Origin: Myxococcota bacterium
Lineage (GTDB): Bacteria > Myxococcota_A > UBA9042 > PHBI01 > JAWLBL01
DNA: 64,000 nucleotides
Direction of reading: 5' to 3'
Assembly (NCBI GenBank): GCA_041687695.1
Contig: JAWLBL010000033.1
Span: 28,014 to 92,013 of the forward strand
A model generated the notes under the pieces. The model saw only the letters and a program-made list of their open reading frames with translations. It ran no database searches and was not told the origin of the DNA. The translations under genes were made by a program, and so were the position numbers. How positions within the stretch are numbered: the stretch's first letter is position 1; the number at the start of each line of letters is the position of its first letter. This document shows positions 19,462 through 28,575 of the stretch, one piece after another.

Positions 19462-20057
19462 GCCTTGCTCTTCCTGGCGTGCACGTCCACGCCGCCGAAG
19501 ACGGCGATCCCGTGGACCCGAAGCACCGGCGCGGACGGATCCGCCGGCGCCTGGTTGCAGTCGCTGAACCCGCCGAAGATTCCCGACCCGGCGCTCTCCA
19601 CGCGCAGCCAGGGCGGCACGCGGATCTCCACGCCCCCGAACACCGCCGTGACCTTCAGGTCGGTGACCCCCGCCTCGAACTGCGCGTCCCGGAAGTCCAG
19701 CACGGCCCCGCCGAACACGGCGCGCACCTTCAGCTCGGCCGGCACGGTCCACGTCCCCCTGCGCTCGACGCCGCCGAACAGGGCCAGCAGCGACTGCCTT
19801 CGCCCGAGCGGGGCCAGCGCCGTCCCGGTCGGGCGCGCGGCCGGCGCGGCCTCGGCCGGCAGGTCACGCGTCAGCACGGCCAGGTCGCCGGCGGTGCGCG
19901 CCGCCTCGGCCAGCTCGAGCCGCTCGTCGAGCTCCTCGAGGGTCATGAGGTCGCTCGCGAACGCCTCCTGCAGGCGCTCGATGGTCCGCTGGCGCTCGGG
20001 CTCCAGGCTCGCCGCCAGGGGCTTGGGCTGACGCGTCGGGTCGTCGGGGGTGGCCAT
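19458..20057 (-). CDS. DUF1707 (SHOCT-like) + LiaF/DUF2154-like protein
   Basis: ERQRTIERLQEAF..LEELDERLE..LTRDLP, followed by repeated AxFGG strands. Confidence 0.85.
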   Translation of the reverse strand: MATPDDPTRQPKPLAASLEPERQRTIERLQEAFASDLMTLEELDERLELAEAARTAGDLAVLTRDLPAEAAPAARPTGTALAPLGRRQSLLALFGGVERRGTWTVPAELKVRAVFGGAVLDFRDAQFEAGVTDLKVTAVFGGVEIRVPPWLRVESAGSGIFGGFSDCNQAPADPSAPVLRVHGIAVFGGVDVHARKSKA

Positions 20058-20296
20058 GCGCTCTCTCCACGGTCGCGGCGGCGCGAGCATCGCCCCATCG
20101 CCCTCGGAAGGGAAGCACGACGCGCGCGCGACCGCGGCGGTCGGCGGCGGGAAGCGCACGACAAATCACGGGGTTGGACTCGGTGTCCCCCGTCGCTCCC
20201 CCACCCGACCCTCCGGCCGCGCCCCGGCCCGCGGCGCCGCCTCGCCGCCCCAGCCCCTCCGCGGCCCTGGGCGCCGCCCCAGCTTGGAGACCCGCC

Positions 20297-20806
20297 ATGC
20301 GCCTCCCCCCATCCGTCGGGCGCTCGCCCTGGCGCGCCCTCTTCGTCGCCCCAGCGCTCGCGCTCCTCGCCACGGCCTGCGACCTCGAGGAGCTCGACGC
20401 CTTCGACGACCCGAACCCCTTCGCCCTGCGCAGCTGCGCCGCCATCGACGGCACCTACGACGCCATCGACCTCCGCGTCACCTCCGCCGACGACCCGACC
20501 GTCCTGCGCGACTTCGACACCCTCGGCGCCGACTGGCGCGTCAGCTTCGAGGACGGCGTCTTCGTCTCGCGCTTCACCGAGCCGGGCCGCGCGCCCGACG
20601 TGCAGACGGGGCCCTTCGAACTCGTGCAGGGCGACCTGCTGTTCACCGACGCGCCGCTGCTGACGGACGTCGACCTCGACGGCGGCGTCGTCGGGTGCTC
20701 GGTCGTCGGCAACCGCCTGTTTCTGCGCGGGCCGGCCACCTTCGACTTCGATGGCGACGGCGACCTCGACGACGCGTTCTTCGAGGCCGATCTCGACCCG
20801 CGCTGA
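20297..20806 (+). CDS. Hypothetical lipoprotein (beta-barrel-like)
   Basis: GGAG SD; lipobox LATAC; acidic DFDGDGD motif near the C-terminus. Confidence 0.7.
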   Translation: MRLPPSVGRSPWRALFVAPALALLATACDLEELDAFDDPNPFALRSCAAIDGTYDAIDLRVTSADDPTVLRDFDTLGADWRVSFEDGVFVSRFTEPGRAPDVQTGPFELVQGDLLFTDAPLLTDVDLDGGVVGCSVVGNRLFLRGPATFDFDGDGDLDDAFFEADLDPR

Positions 20807-20830
20807 ACGCGTCGCCGGCCGTCCGCCCCG

Positions 20831-21850
20831 TCAGCCGGGCTCCTCGCGCGTGCGTTGCCACAGCCAGGCCGCCCCGGCCGCGGCCGCCGCCAGGCCCAGC
20901 ACCCCGAGCACGCCGCGGTGCTCGTTCATCCACAGCTGCGGGCTGAAGCCGCGCGACCGCGCGTCGAAGTCGCCGTGGGCGCCCAGATCCCGGCCGAGCG
21001 GCTCCCACAGGTTGTCCGGGCGGTCCGGATCGGCCGGCGCGTCGGTCATCTGTCCGTCCCAGGCGACGCGCGCCAGGTAGCGGTCGAGCAACCCCGGGAT
21101 GAAGCGGTTGCCGATGATGGCCTTGAGCGCGGACAGCCCCACGGCCATGCTGCGGCGCCGCGCGTGGGCCGCGTGCACGATGGCGCGGGCGGCGACCTCG
21201 GGTTGGTAGATGGGCGGCACCGGCTGCGGGGCGCGCGGCAGGCGCGAGCGCACCTGCTCGAACTGGGGCGTGTTGACCGCGGGCAGGTGGACCATCCCGA
21301 CGTGGACGCGGCTGCCCTCGTGGATGAGCTCCGAGCGCAGCGACTCGGAGTAGCGCAGGATGGCGCCCTTGCTGGCGCAGTAGGCGGACTGCAGCGGGAT
21401 CGAGCGAAAGGCCAGGGCCGAGCTGACCTGGATGATGACGCCCTCGTCGCGTGGCTTCATGCGCTTGAGCGCCGCCTGCGTCCCGTAGACGTAGCCCAGG
21501 TAGTTGACCTCGATGACCCGCTTGTACTCGTCCGGGGTCGTCTGCCAGACCGGCGCGAAGACCGACACCATCGCGCAGTTGATCCAGATGTCGATGGGCC
21601 CGAACTCGCGCTCGACCGCCTCGGCGGCCTCCTCGACCTGGTCCGGGTCCGACACGTCCGTCGGCAGCACCAGCGCGCGTCCGCCCAGCTCCTCGACCTC
21701 GCGCCGCGCGTCTTCGAGCCCCTCGAGGCCGCGCGCCAGCAGCCCGATGAGCGCCCCCTCGCGCGCGAGCTCGCGCACCGTCGCGCGCCCGACGCCCGCC
21801 GAGGCGCCCGTGACCACCACCACCTTGCGATGTTCTCCGTTTCGCTTCAT
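20831..21850 (-). CDS. SDR-family oxidoreductase
   Basis: TGASAGVG, WINCA, YCASK catalytic motif, PAVNTPQF; C-terminal hydrophobic tail. Confidence 0.92.
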   Translation of the reverse strand: MKRNGEHRKVVVVTGASAGVGRATVRELAREGALIGLLARGLEGLEDARREVEELGGRALVLPTDVSDPDQVEEAAEAVEREFGPIDIWINCAMVSVFAPVWQTTPDEYKRVIEVNYLGYVYGTQAALKRMKPRDEGVIIQVSSALAFRSIPLQSAYCASKGAILRYSESLRSELIHEGSRVHVGMVHLPAVNTPQFEQVRSRLPRAPQPVPPIYQPEVAARAIVHAAHARRRSMAVGLSALKAIIGNRFIPGLLDRYLARVAWDGQMTDAPADPDRPDNLWEPLGRDLGAHGDFDARSRGFSPQLWMNEHRGVLGVLGLAAAAAGAAWLWQRTREEPG

Positions 21851-21919
21851 CCGGCTGCCCTCCGTTCAATCGCCTCGCGGCCCCGGTGACCTGGCGCCAA
21901 CGCGTCGCCCGGCCCCCCG

Positions 21920-22393
21920 TCAACCGACGTAGACGGGGCGTCCGGTCCGCTCGATGGCGCGCAGGGCGGCCGTGGTCGCGCCCGCGTAGACGACGTGGTG
22001 CGCGGCGTCCAGGCCGACCTCCTTGGCCCCCCACTCCTTGACCGGCGGCACGACCCCCAGGCGCGGCAGCATGAGCAGCTCCGCCCCCCAGATCAGCCCG
22101 AAGTGCAGGGCGGCCCTGGCCGTGGGCGACAGCCTCGTCAGCGTCAACAGCCCTCCGACCGCGCCCCAGGCCGTCCCATAGCCCCAGTGTGTCACGTTCG
22201 CCAGCCGCTGCTCGGCCTCGTCGTCGCCCGGCTCGAGGTCGAAGACCTCCTCGACGGCCTCGGCCGGCGTCCGGCTCGGGCCGCGCCCCCGCACCTTCGC
22301 CTCCAACGTGCTCACGAGCGTCATCGCGGCCGTGCCCACGAGCCCCGCGAACAGCCCCTCGCCGATCGCCGTCGCGACATCGCGCGTCGCCAT
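21920..22393 (-). CDS. Hypothetical membrane protein
   Basis: GLFAGLVGTAAMT, HWGYGTAWG, HHVVY; G-rich SD before ATG 22393. Confidence 0.75.
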   Translation of the reverse strand: MATRDVATAIGEGLFAGLVGTAAMTLVSTLEAKVRGRGPSRTPAEAVEEVFDLEPGDDEAEQRLANVTHWGYGTAWGAVGGLLTLTRLSPTARAALHFGLIWGAELLMLPRLGVVPPVKEWGAKEVGLDAAHHVVYAGATTAALRAIERTGRPVYVG

Positions 22394-22478
22394 GGCTCCC
22401 CCCTCGTCGTCCGGTCCGTGTTCGGCCGCGCCGCGGCGGCCACCCTCGAACCGAACCGTCCGAACCGGGAGCCCCGGT

Positions 22479-22934
22479 TCAACCCGCGCCCGGCGACGCG
22501 GCCTCGGCGTCGTTCGCCGTGGGCCAGTAGTAGGGCAGGTCGTCCGGGACGTCCGGGAACCACCGCCGGTAGATCGCGGGGTCCTTGCGAACCAGGGCCG
22601 ACTGGTGCGAGCGGTGCAGCTCGCGCAGGCCCAGCCAGGGCGGCAGCACGGGCGGGCGCGTGTGGACGTCCGGGGCGAAGGCGCGGATCTTCTCGTAGCA
22701 GGTGTCGGCGTAGCCCAGGGCGCGCCAGGTGACGCACACGACCAGGCCATAGTGCACCAGGGCCGGCTCGTGACCGCGCCACATCAGGACGGCCGGGTGA
22801 CTGCGCCAGCCGCGGCTGCGCCCGGTGAGGGCGTTGAGGATCTGCAGCGTCTCGACGCGCTGCTTGCCCAGACGCTTGGGGTCGAGGACCCGCGCGCTCT
22901 CTTCGAAGCTGGCGAACGGAAGGAAGGTCTGCAC
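22479..22934 (-). CDS. MSMEG_6728-family / pyrimidine-dimer glycosylase-like protein
   Basis: MQTFLP..LDPKRLGKQRVE..GWRSHPAVLMWRG..SHQSALVRKDP..YYWP; GTG start with GGAG SD. Confidence 0.85.
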   Translation of the reverse strand: MQTFLPFASFEESARVLDPKRLGKQRVETLQILNALTGRSRGWRSHPAVLMWRGHEPALVHYGLVVCVTWRALGYADTCYEKIRAFAPDVHTRPPVLPPWLGLRELHRSHQSALVRKDPAIYRRWFPDVPDDLPYYWPTANDAEAASPGAG

Positions 22935-23029
22935 GGCTGCTCCCTCGGGTCGCCTGGCCTGCAGGCTCTCGGTGCGACCCGAGGGGAGGGGGTAAGCACT
23001 CGGGATGACAGGACAAACCCCGCTGGCGC

Positions 23030-23731
23030 TCAGCCGGCGAGCCAGCGTCCGTTGGGCTCGGAGGGCGGCCCCTCTCCCAGGCTGACGCGATGCTCCTCGA
23101 GCATGCGCACGATCTCGTCGTCGCGCAGCTTGGGGAAGGCCTCGTACCACAGGCTCACGGCGCGCAGCTCGCGCGGGGCGTCGAGGGCGACCAGCTCGTC
23201 CACCTCGGGGGCGATGAGCGCGAGGGTCTCGGCGGCCCCGACCGGGACGGCGACGACCAGCCGCGCCGCGCCGCGCTGACGCATCGAGCAGATGGCGGCG
23301 CGCAGGGTGCCGCCGGTGACGACCCCGTCATCGACCAGCACCACCGTGCGGCCCTCGACGTCGGGCAGGGGGCGTTCGCCCCGGAGGGCCTCGACGGCGC
23401 GCTCGAGCGCGGCCTCCTCGGCCGCGGCGATGCGTCCGATGTCCTCGTCGGTGGCGCCGACCAGCGCGGCGACCCGCCGCTCGAGGAACAGGGCGCCGTC
23501 CTCGGCGATGGCGCCCATGCTGAGCTCGGGCTGAAAGGGCGCGCCCAGCTTGCGCGCCACCAGCACGTCCAGCGGCGCCCCCAGGCGGCGGGCGATCTCG
23601 AGGCCGACGGGGACCCCGCCGCGCGGCAGGGCGAGGACGACGACCCGCCCGCTGCCGGCTTCCCTACGGAGATCCGCCAGGCGCTCTGCGAGCGCCTGCC
23701 CGGCCTGCGAGCGGTCAGCGAAGCGATACAT
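23030..23731 (-). CDS. Phosphoribosyltransferase-family protein
   Basis: FADRSQAG, LALPRGGVPV, RKLGAP, VLVDDGVVTGGT PRPP-binding loop. Confidence 0.9.
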   Translation of the reverse strand: MYRFADRSQAGQALAERLADLRREAGSGRVVVLALPRGGVPVGLEIARRLGAPLDVLVARKLGAPFQPELSMGAIAEDGALFLERRVAALVGATDEDIGRIAAAEEAALERAVEALRGERPLPDVEGRTVVLVDDGVVTGGTLRAAICSMRQRGAARLVVAVPVGAAETLALIAPEVDELVALDAPRELRAVSLWYEAFPKLRDDEIVRMLEEHRVSLGEGPPSEPNGRWLAG

Positions 23732-23813
23732 TGCGACTCCGTTGCGATCCCGGACGCCCGCGGCCGGGGCCGGCGCCGGGGAGCCCCGACCGGCCGCGCC
23801 CGCGGACAGGGGA

Positions 23814-24179
23814 TCAGGCAGCGTGGAGGGCGATCGGCCAGGCGGCCGCGCGGGGGCGCTCGTCGCGCCGCTCCCCGCGATCCTTGGTGGGCTCGTCGAG
23901 GGCGTCGACGGCCATCGCGAGGCGACGCACGTCGCTCGAGCGCGACGCGAGGACCACCGGGATGGCCCGCTGGTGCAGGCCGAGGCCTCGGATGAAGCTG
24001 GCCCCGTCCAGGACGGGGCTCATCAGGTTCACGAGGACGCCATCGATGGTGCGCTCCTCGATGCGCCGCAGCGCCTCGGCGCCGTCGCGGGCCACGATGG
24101 CCTCGCAGGCGCCGCCGAACGCGGCGTCGAGCAGCGGCTCGAGGGTCCCCCGGTCGTCGATGATCAAGATGGTCCTCAT
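23814..24179 (-). CDS. Degenerate single-domain response regulator (possibly a pseudo-receiver)
   Basis: ILIIDD, ARDGAEAL, VLVNLMSPVLDG with Asn at the phospho-Asp position; conserved Lys absent. Confidence 0.55.
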   Translation of the reverse strand: MRTILIIDDRGTLEPLLDAAFGGACEAIVARDGAEALRRIEERTIDGVLVNLMSPVLDGASFIRGLGLHQRAIPVVLASRSSDVRRLAMAVDALDEPTKDRGERRDERPRAAAWPIALHAA

Positions 24180-24314
24180 GGTCTTCCCCCTCCAGACGAA
24201 GGCGGCGCGGGCCCGCGCTTCGCGAGTGCGATGGTCGAGGCGCACCGATGGGTCGGCGCGCAAGGTGCGTGCGTGTGGCTCGGTCTGAGATGGCGCTGTG
24301 ATTCGGTAAGGCGC

Positions 24315-24342
24315 AGCGTAGTGGGGCCGGGTGACGCGTCAA
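24315..24342 (-). promoter_or_regulatory. Sigma70-like promoter candidate
   Basis: TTGACG-N16-TACGCT on the minus strand upstream of 24179; overlaps palindrome TGACGCGTCA. Confidence 0.35.
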
Positions 24343-24399
24343 CGTACGAGTCGCAACAGCGCGTGACGACTCGGCCGCGCGACGGTGGCGGCCGTCGGC

Positions 24400-25119
24400 T
24401 CAGGCCTCCTGGTCCTCGCTGAACTCGAGGCGCCAGCCGCGCTCGCGCATCAGAGCGTCGTACTCCTCTTCGGCCGTCTGGCCGGCTCGGTTGCGCGGCA
24501 GCCGGACCCCTAGCGCCTGGCAGGCGAGCAGCCCCGCCAGGGCGGCGACGCGATCGCGGCCGGCGTCGTCGCGGTGCAGGCGCAGGTTGGCCAACGCCGT
24601 CCGCACCCGCTGCGCCAACAGATCCTGAAGGCGTTGCGGCACGCCCGGCGCCGAATAGAAGTCGGCGAGCGTGTGCCAGTGGCGCGCGATGGGCGGCGCC
24701 CACTCGGGGTCGGCCTCCGCCTCGGCGCGGGCGCGGCGAGCGTCGGCCGTCAAACGATACCGCTCGACCAGGCTGGTCAGCGCGTCGAGTTCGAAGGGTT
24801 TTTCGATGAGGGCGATGCCGTGCTCGTGGCACATGCGCGCCACGCGCTCGTCCGATGCGCCGGTGACCAGGGCGATCGCCATCTCGGGGTTGTTGCGCAG
24901 GAGGTACTCGCCGAAGACGAGGCCCTCGATGCCCGGCAGGTGATGGTCGACGAAGGCGACATCGAAGCGATAGAAGGGCAGCTGCTCGAGGCCCTCCTCG
25001 GCCGACCCGGTCGCGACGACCTGGTGGCCCTCGCCGAGCAGGCTGGTGGTCATCAGCTCGCGGAGATCGGGGTCGTCGTCGATGACGAGGACGTGGATGA
25101 GGCCGGGCTCGGTCTCCAT
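24400..25119 (-). CDS. Response regulator with an unrecognised helical output domain
   Basis: VLVIDDD, FVDHHLPGIEG, VTG, IEKPF; about 120-aa C-terminal extension. Confidence 0.8.
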   Translation of the reverse strand: METEPGLIHVLVIDDDPDLRELMTTSLLGEGHQVVATGSAEEGLEQLPFYRFDVAFVDHHLPGIEGLVFGEYLLRNNPEMAIALVTGASDERVARMCHEHGIALIEKPFELDALTSLVERYRLTADARRARAEAEADPEWAPPIARHWHTLADFYSAPGVPQRLQDLLAQRVRTALANLRLHRDDAGRDRVAALAGLLACQALGVRLPRNRAGQTAEEEYDALMRERGWRLEFSEDQEA

Positions 25120-25204
25120 CGCGATCACCTGGTCGTCGGTTGGCGCCGTGGGCGCTCGACAGGGCACGTGTGCCGCCCAGGATAGGGCGGCCGCGGGCGC
25201 GAGG

Positions 25205-25693
25205 TCACCAGAACGGGCGGAAAGGGAAGCGAAATTTCTCGGCCTGCGCCCTCGCGGGTGGGCGCGCGACGTCGACCCACAGGGCCTCGGCGTCGCGCTC
25301 GAGGGCGCCGAGCTGGTCGAGCAGCGCCGCTCGCGCCGCGGGCCAGCGCAGGGCGGGAGCGGCGAGCACCTGGGGCATGGCCGCCTCGAGGGCGTCCCGA
25401 CGCTGACCGATCGCGGCGCGCCGCAGCTCCACGTGGACGGCGCGCCGGCCCGACAGATGGACCCGCCGACGGTCGAGGTCGGCCAGCCGCAGGTCGAGCG
25501 CGTTGAGCTCGCCTCGGACGTGCGCGGCGAAGATGGGGCGCGGCTCGTCGGCGAGGGCGAGCGCGTCCAGGGGGGGCGAGGCGACGACCTGGGCCGGCGT
25601 GGGGGGCATCAGGGTGGGCGCGCACGCCAGGAGGGCGGCGGCGGCCCCCGAGGCGAGCCAGGTCGTCAGGGAGCGGGAAGCGGCACGGCGCAT
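25205..25693 (-). CDS. Hypothetical lipoprotein
   Basis: GGAGG SD; lipobox LLAC; helical body. Confidence 0.55.
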   Translation of the reverse strand: MRRAASRSLTTWLASGAAAALLACAPTLMPPTPAQVVASPPLDALALADEPRPIFAAHVRGELNALDLRLADLDRRRVHLSGRRAVHVELRRAAIGQRRDALEAAMPQVLAAPALRWPAARAALLDQLGALERDAEALWVDVARPPARAQAEKFRFPFRPFW

Positions 25694-25804
25694 CGCGGCC
25701 TCCGCGTCGGGAGGGATCCCGAGGCTCGGAGGGGGCGCGACGGCACGGGGCGGGGTTGCTGTTGGTTCAACCGCGCGGAGCCGGCGGCGATTTCGCCAGG
25801 AGGT

Positions 25805-26458
25805 TCAGCCGAGGAAGGCCAGCCGCTCGTGCTCGATCCACAGGGCCAGGGCGGCCTGGGCTTCGGCCAGGTCCAGCTCGAGGGTGCCGACGGCCCGGAG
25901 ATCGGCGGCGACGGCGGCCCACGAGGCGCGCCGAACGGCGTCGGCCGCGGCGTCGTCGAGCACCGTTCGGCCGGTGAGCAGCGCCAGCGCCTCGTCGTCC
26001 TCGCCGAAGTCCTCGAGGCCCGACCAGGCGCGGTAGGCCTCCGCGTCGTGCTCGGCCCAGGCGCGCGTCGCCTCGGCCGACGTGGCCAGCACCACGGCGG
26101 CGGCGTAGGCGGCGGTAGTCGGCAAGCGCTCGGGGTTCCCGAGCCCCGCCAGCAGGGCGTCGAGGCCGGTGGTCAGCTCGACCTCTCCCGGGTAGGCCGG
26201 CTCGGGCCACTCGGGGACCCCGCTCGGGAGCCAGTCCGACGGCGCGCTGAGGAGGTCGGACGGCCAGCTCAGCTCGGGCCGGCTCGCCGCCAGGATGCGC
26301 CAGGCGCGGGCCAGGGCGCGCGCGGCGACGTCGCGGGCCGCGCCGGGGGCCAGGCCATGCAGCAGCAGGAAGCACGCGTCGGCGCAGGCGTCCCAGTCCG
26401 AGGCGGCGACGGCGGCCTCGAGCGCGCTCAGGGTCTGCTCGGCGGCGCCGTTCACCAT
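25805..26458 (-). CDS. Hypothetical all-helical protein
   Basis: ATG 26458 overlaps the stop of the upstream gene; coding-like acidic/Ala composition only in this part of the long ORF. Confidence 0.6.
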   Translation of the reverse strand: MVNGAAEQTLSALEAAVAASDWDACADACFLLLHGLAPGAARDVAARALARAWRILAASRPELSWPSDLLSAPSDWLPSGVPEWPEPAYPGEVELTTGLDALLAGLGNPERLPTTAAYAAAVVLATSAEATRAWAEHDAEAYRAWSGLEDFGEDDEALALLTGRTVLDDAAADAVRRASWAAVAADLRAVGTLELDLAEAQAALALWIEHERLAFLG

Positions 26459-27765
26459 GACGCCTCGATGAGGTAGCTCTGCGGGTTGCCAGCCCAGCAG
26501 CCGACGAAGACGTAGTAGGTCGCGCCGGCGACGGCCTGGAAGGAGCCGCTCTCGGAGGTCGCGGGGCCATCGTCGTAGCCCAGCACGGCCTCGCCCGTGG
26601 CGGCGTCGTAGACGACCTTGTCGAGATCCGACGACGTCGCCCAGGTCAGCGAGACCGAGACGTTCATCGAGATGGCCGCGGTGATCGAGAAGATGTCGCT
26701 GTCGCCGGTGTACTCGGAGCCGTCGTTGCCGCAGGTCACCGTCCCCTCGAGGCACATCCCGCCGGTCGCGGGCGGCGTCAGGATCATCGCGGTCTCGACC
26801 GTGTCGTTGGGCTCGATCTCGGCGATGCAGGTCGGGTTCGGCTCGTCGCAAGGCGGGCACATGTCCTGACCCGTCATGGCGGCGACCTGGGTCATGAACG
26901 CCGCGCAGTCCGCGTGACAGAACCCTTCGGCCAGCGGCAAGACGTCGCCGCACCCGCCGACGGTGCAGCCGCTGGTCTGGTAGGTGGCGAACAGGCGCTG
27001 CTGGCAGGCCGGCGGCAAGAATCCACAGATCTGCTCGGGGGTGAAGCCGCCGAGGTCGCCGCCGAAGGCGCCCTCGCACTGCTCGAAGACGCACGCGCAG
27101 GTCGGGTTGGCGCCGCACGGGCCGGGGTCCGCGACGCACTGGCCGGCCTGGCAGGAGCCGCTCTGGCAGGTGCCACACGAGCCGCCGCAGCCGTCGTCGC
27201 CGCAGGCCTTGCCCGCGCAGTCGGGCGTGCAGACCGCGACGCACTGGCCGGCCTGGCAGGAGCCGGTCTGGCAGGTGCCACACGAGCCGCCGCAGCCGTC
27301 GTCGCCGCAGGCCTTGCCCGCGCAGTCGGGCGTGCAGACCGCGACGCACTGGCCGGCCTGGCAGGAGCCGGTCTGGCAGGTGCCACACGAGCCGCCGCAG
27401 CCGTCGTCGCCGCAGGCCTTGCCCGCGCAGTCGGGCGTGCAGACCGCGACGCACTGGCCGGCCTGGCAGGAGCCGCTCTGGCAGGTGCCGCACGAGCCGC
27501 CGCAGCCGTCGTCGCCGCAGGCCTTGCCCATGCAGTCGGGCGTGCAGGTCGCCGTGTCGCCGGTCGACGCGTCGGGCCCGGGATCGGAGACGTCGACCGA
27601 CGTCGCGACGTCGCCCTTGTCGGCCGCGTCGCCGGTGACCTCGGCCGCGACGTCAGGCGGGGGGACGAAGCCGCCGCCAGCGCCGCCGCCTGGGGCATCG
27701 CAGGCACCCAGCAGGGTGAACGCGCAGGTGGTCAGCAGGACTGAGAGGAAGCGTCGCGAGGTCAT
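26452..27765 (-). CDS. Cys-rich lipoprotein with four 35-aa repeats and a C-terminal PPC-like domain
   Basis: AGGAG SD; lipobox LLGAC; (CTPDCAGKACGDDGCGGSCGTC..) x4; EIEPNDT..DIFS..SDLD..TYYVFV. Confidence 0.85.
   Translation of the reverse strand: MTSRRFLSVLLTTCAFTLLGACDAPGGGAGGGFVPPPDVAAEVTGDAADKGDVATSVDVSDPGPDASTGDTATCTPDCMGKACGDDGCGGSCGTCQSGSCQAGQCVAVCTPDCAGKACGDDGCGGSCGTCQTGSCQAGQCVAVCTPDCAGKACGDDGCGGSCGTCQTGSCQAGQCVAVCTPDCAGKACGDDGCGGSCGTCQSGSCQAGQCVADPGPCGANPTCACVFEQCEGAFGGDLGGFTPEQICGFLPPACQQRLFATYQTSGCTVGGCGDVLPLAEGFCHADCAAFMTQVAAMTGQDMCPPCDEPNPTCIAEIEPNDTVETAMILTPPATGGMCLEGTVTCGNDGSEYTGDSDIFSITAAISMNVSVSLTWATSSDLDKVVYDAATGEAVLGYDDGPATSESGSFQAVAGATYYVFVGCWAGNPQSYLIEASW
27130..27546 (-). 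repeat. Four near-identical 105-bp tandem coding repeats
   Basis: GCGACGCACTGGCCGGCCTGG recurs at 27131, 27236, 27341 and 27446. Confidence 0.95.
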
Positions 27766-27921
27766 GGTGGCTCCTGGCGGCAGGGGGCGAGGGCGGCGGA
27801 CCCTAGCAGGCCCGAGGCCTCGCGAGAAGGGGGCAGCGGTCCTGCGGCGGGCGCCGGCGGGGTTCCTGGAGGCGCGGTCGGTCCTAGGGTGTCGGAGCGC
27901 ACGCGACGATCGGGAGGTCTC

Positions 27922-28524
27922 ATGACGCGAAGGCTGCTGCTGGCGATCGCGATGGCGCTGATGGTGGCGCCTGCAGCCTACGCGCAGCCGTGGACGCCGT
28001 CGCCGGCCCCTGGCGCGCCACCCGCCGGCGCCAACCGCTTCCACGGGCCGCTCGACGCGGCCGTCGAGCTCGCGGCGCGCGAGCAGCGCCCGCTGCTGGT
28101 GTACTTCACCGGGCCTGGCTGTCCGGCGTGTGTCGTCATGGGCCGCACCGTGCTGTCGCGGACCGACGTGCGCGACGCCGCGGCGCCCTTCATCGAGGTG
28201 GTCGTCGACGTCACCACGCCCGCCGGCACGTCCGCGGCGCGCGCCTTCGACGTCGAGCGCCCCCCGGCGCTGATCGTGCTCCGCCCCGACGGGACCGAGC
28301 TGCGCTCGGCGCGCATGGAGGGACCCCAGCGAGGGCGCGACGTGGTGTGGCACCTGCGCGCCGCCGTCAACGACCCGACCCTGGTCCCGCCCGAGCCCGA
28401 CTCGGAGCCCGCGCCCCTGGCGCTGCGCTCGGAGCCTCAGGGGTTGTCGCTGCTGCTGCTCGTGGTCGTCCTGATCGCCGCCCTGTCGCTGTTTCTGGCG
28501 ACGCGCCGCCGCCGTGCGCGCTGA
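27922..28524 (+). CDS. Exported thioredoxin-like protein with a C-terminal membrane anchor
   Basis: GGAGG SD; signal peptide; PLLVYFTGPGCPAC; C-terminal TM helix + RRRRAR. Confidence 0.8.
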   Translation: MTRRLLLAIAMALMVAPAAYAQPWTPSPAPGAPPAGANRFHGPLDAAVELAAREQRPLLVYFTGPGCPACVVMGRTVLSRTDVRDAAAPFIEVVVDVTTPAGTSAARAFDVERPPALIVLRPDGTELRSARMEGPQRGRDVVWHLRAAVNDPTLVPPEPDSEPAPLALRSEPQGLSLLLLVVVLIAALSLFLATRRRRAR

Positions 28525-28575
28525 CGCCCGGCCCCTCGGATGTTCGGCCGCGCCCCACGCCAGCGAGGATGCTGG

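Noticed and set aside
24257..24280. Sigma54-like promoters (ACGCACG-N4-TTGC here; CGGACCT-N4-TTGC at 2082-2096)
   Set aside because: The first lacks the invariant GG; the second has a poor -24 element.
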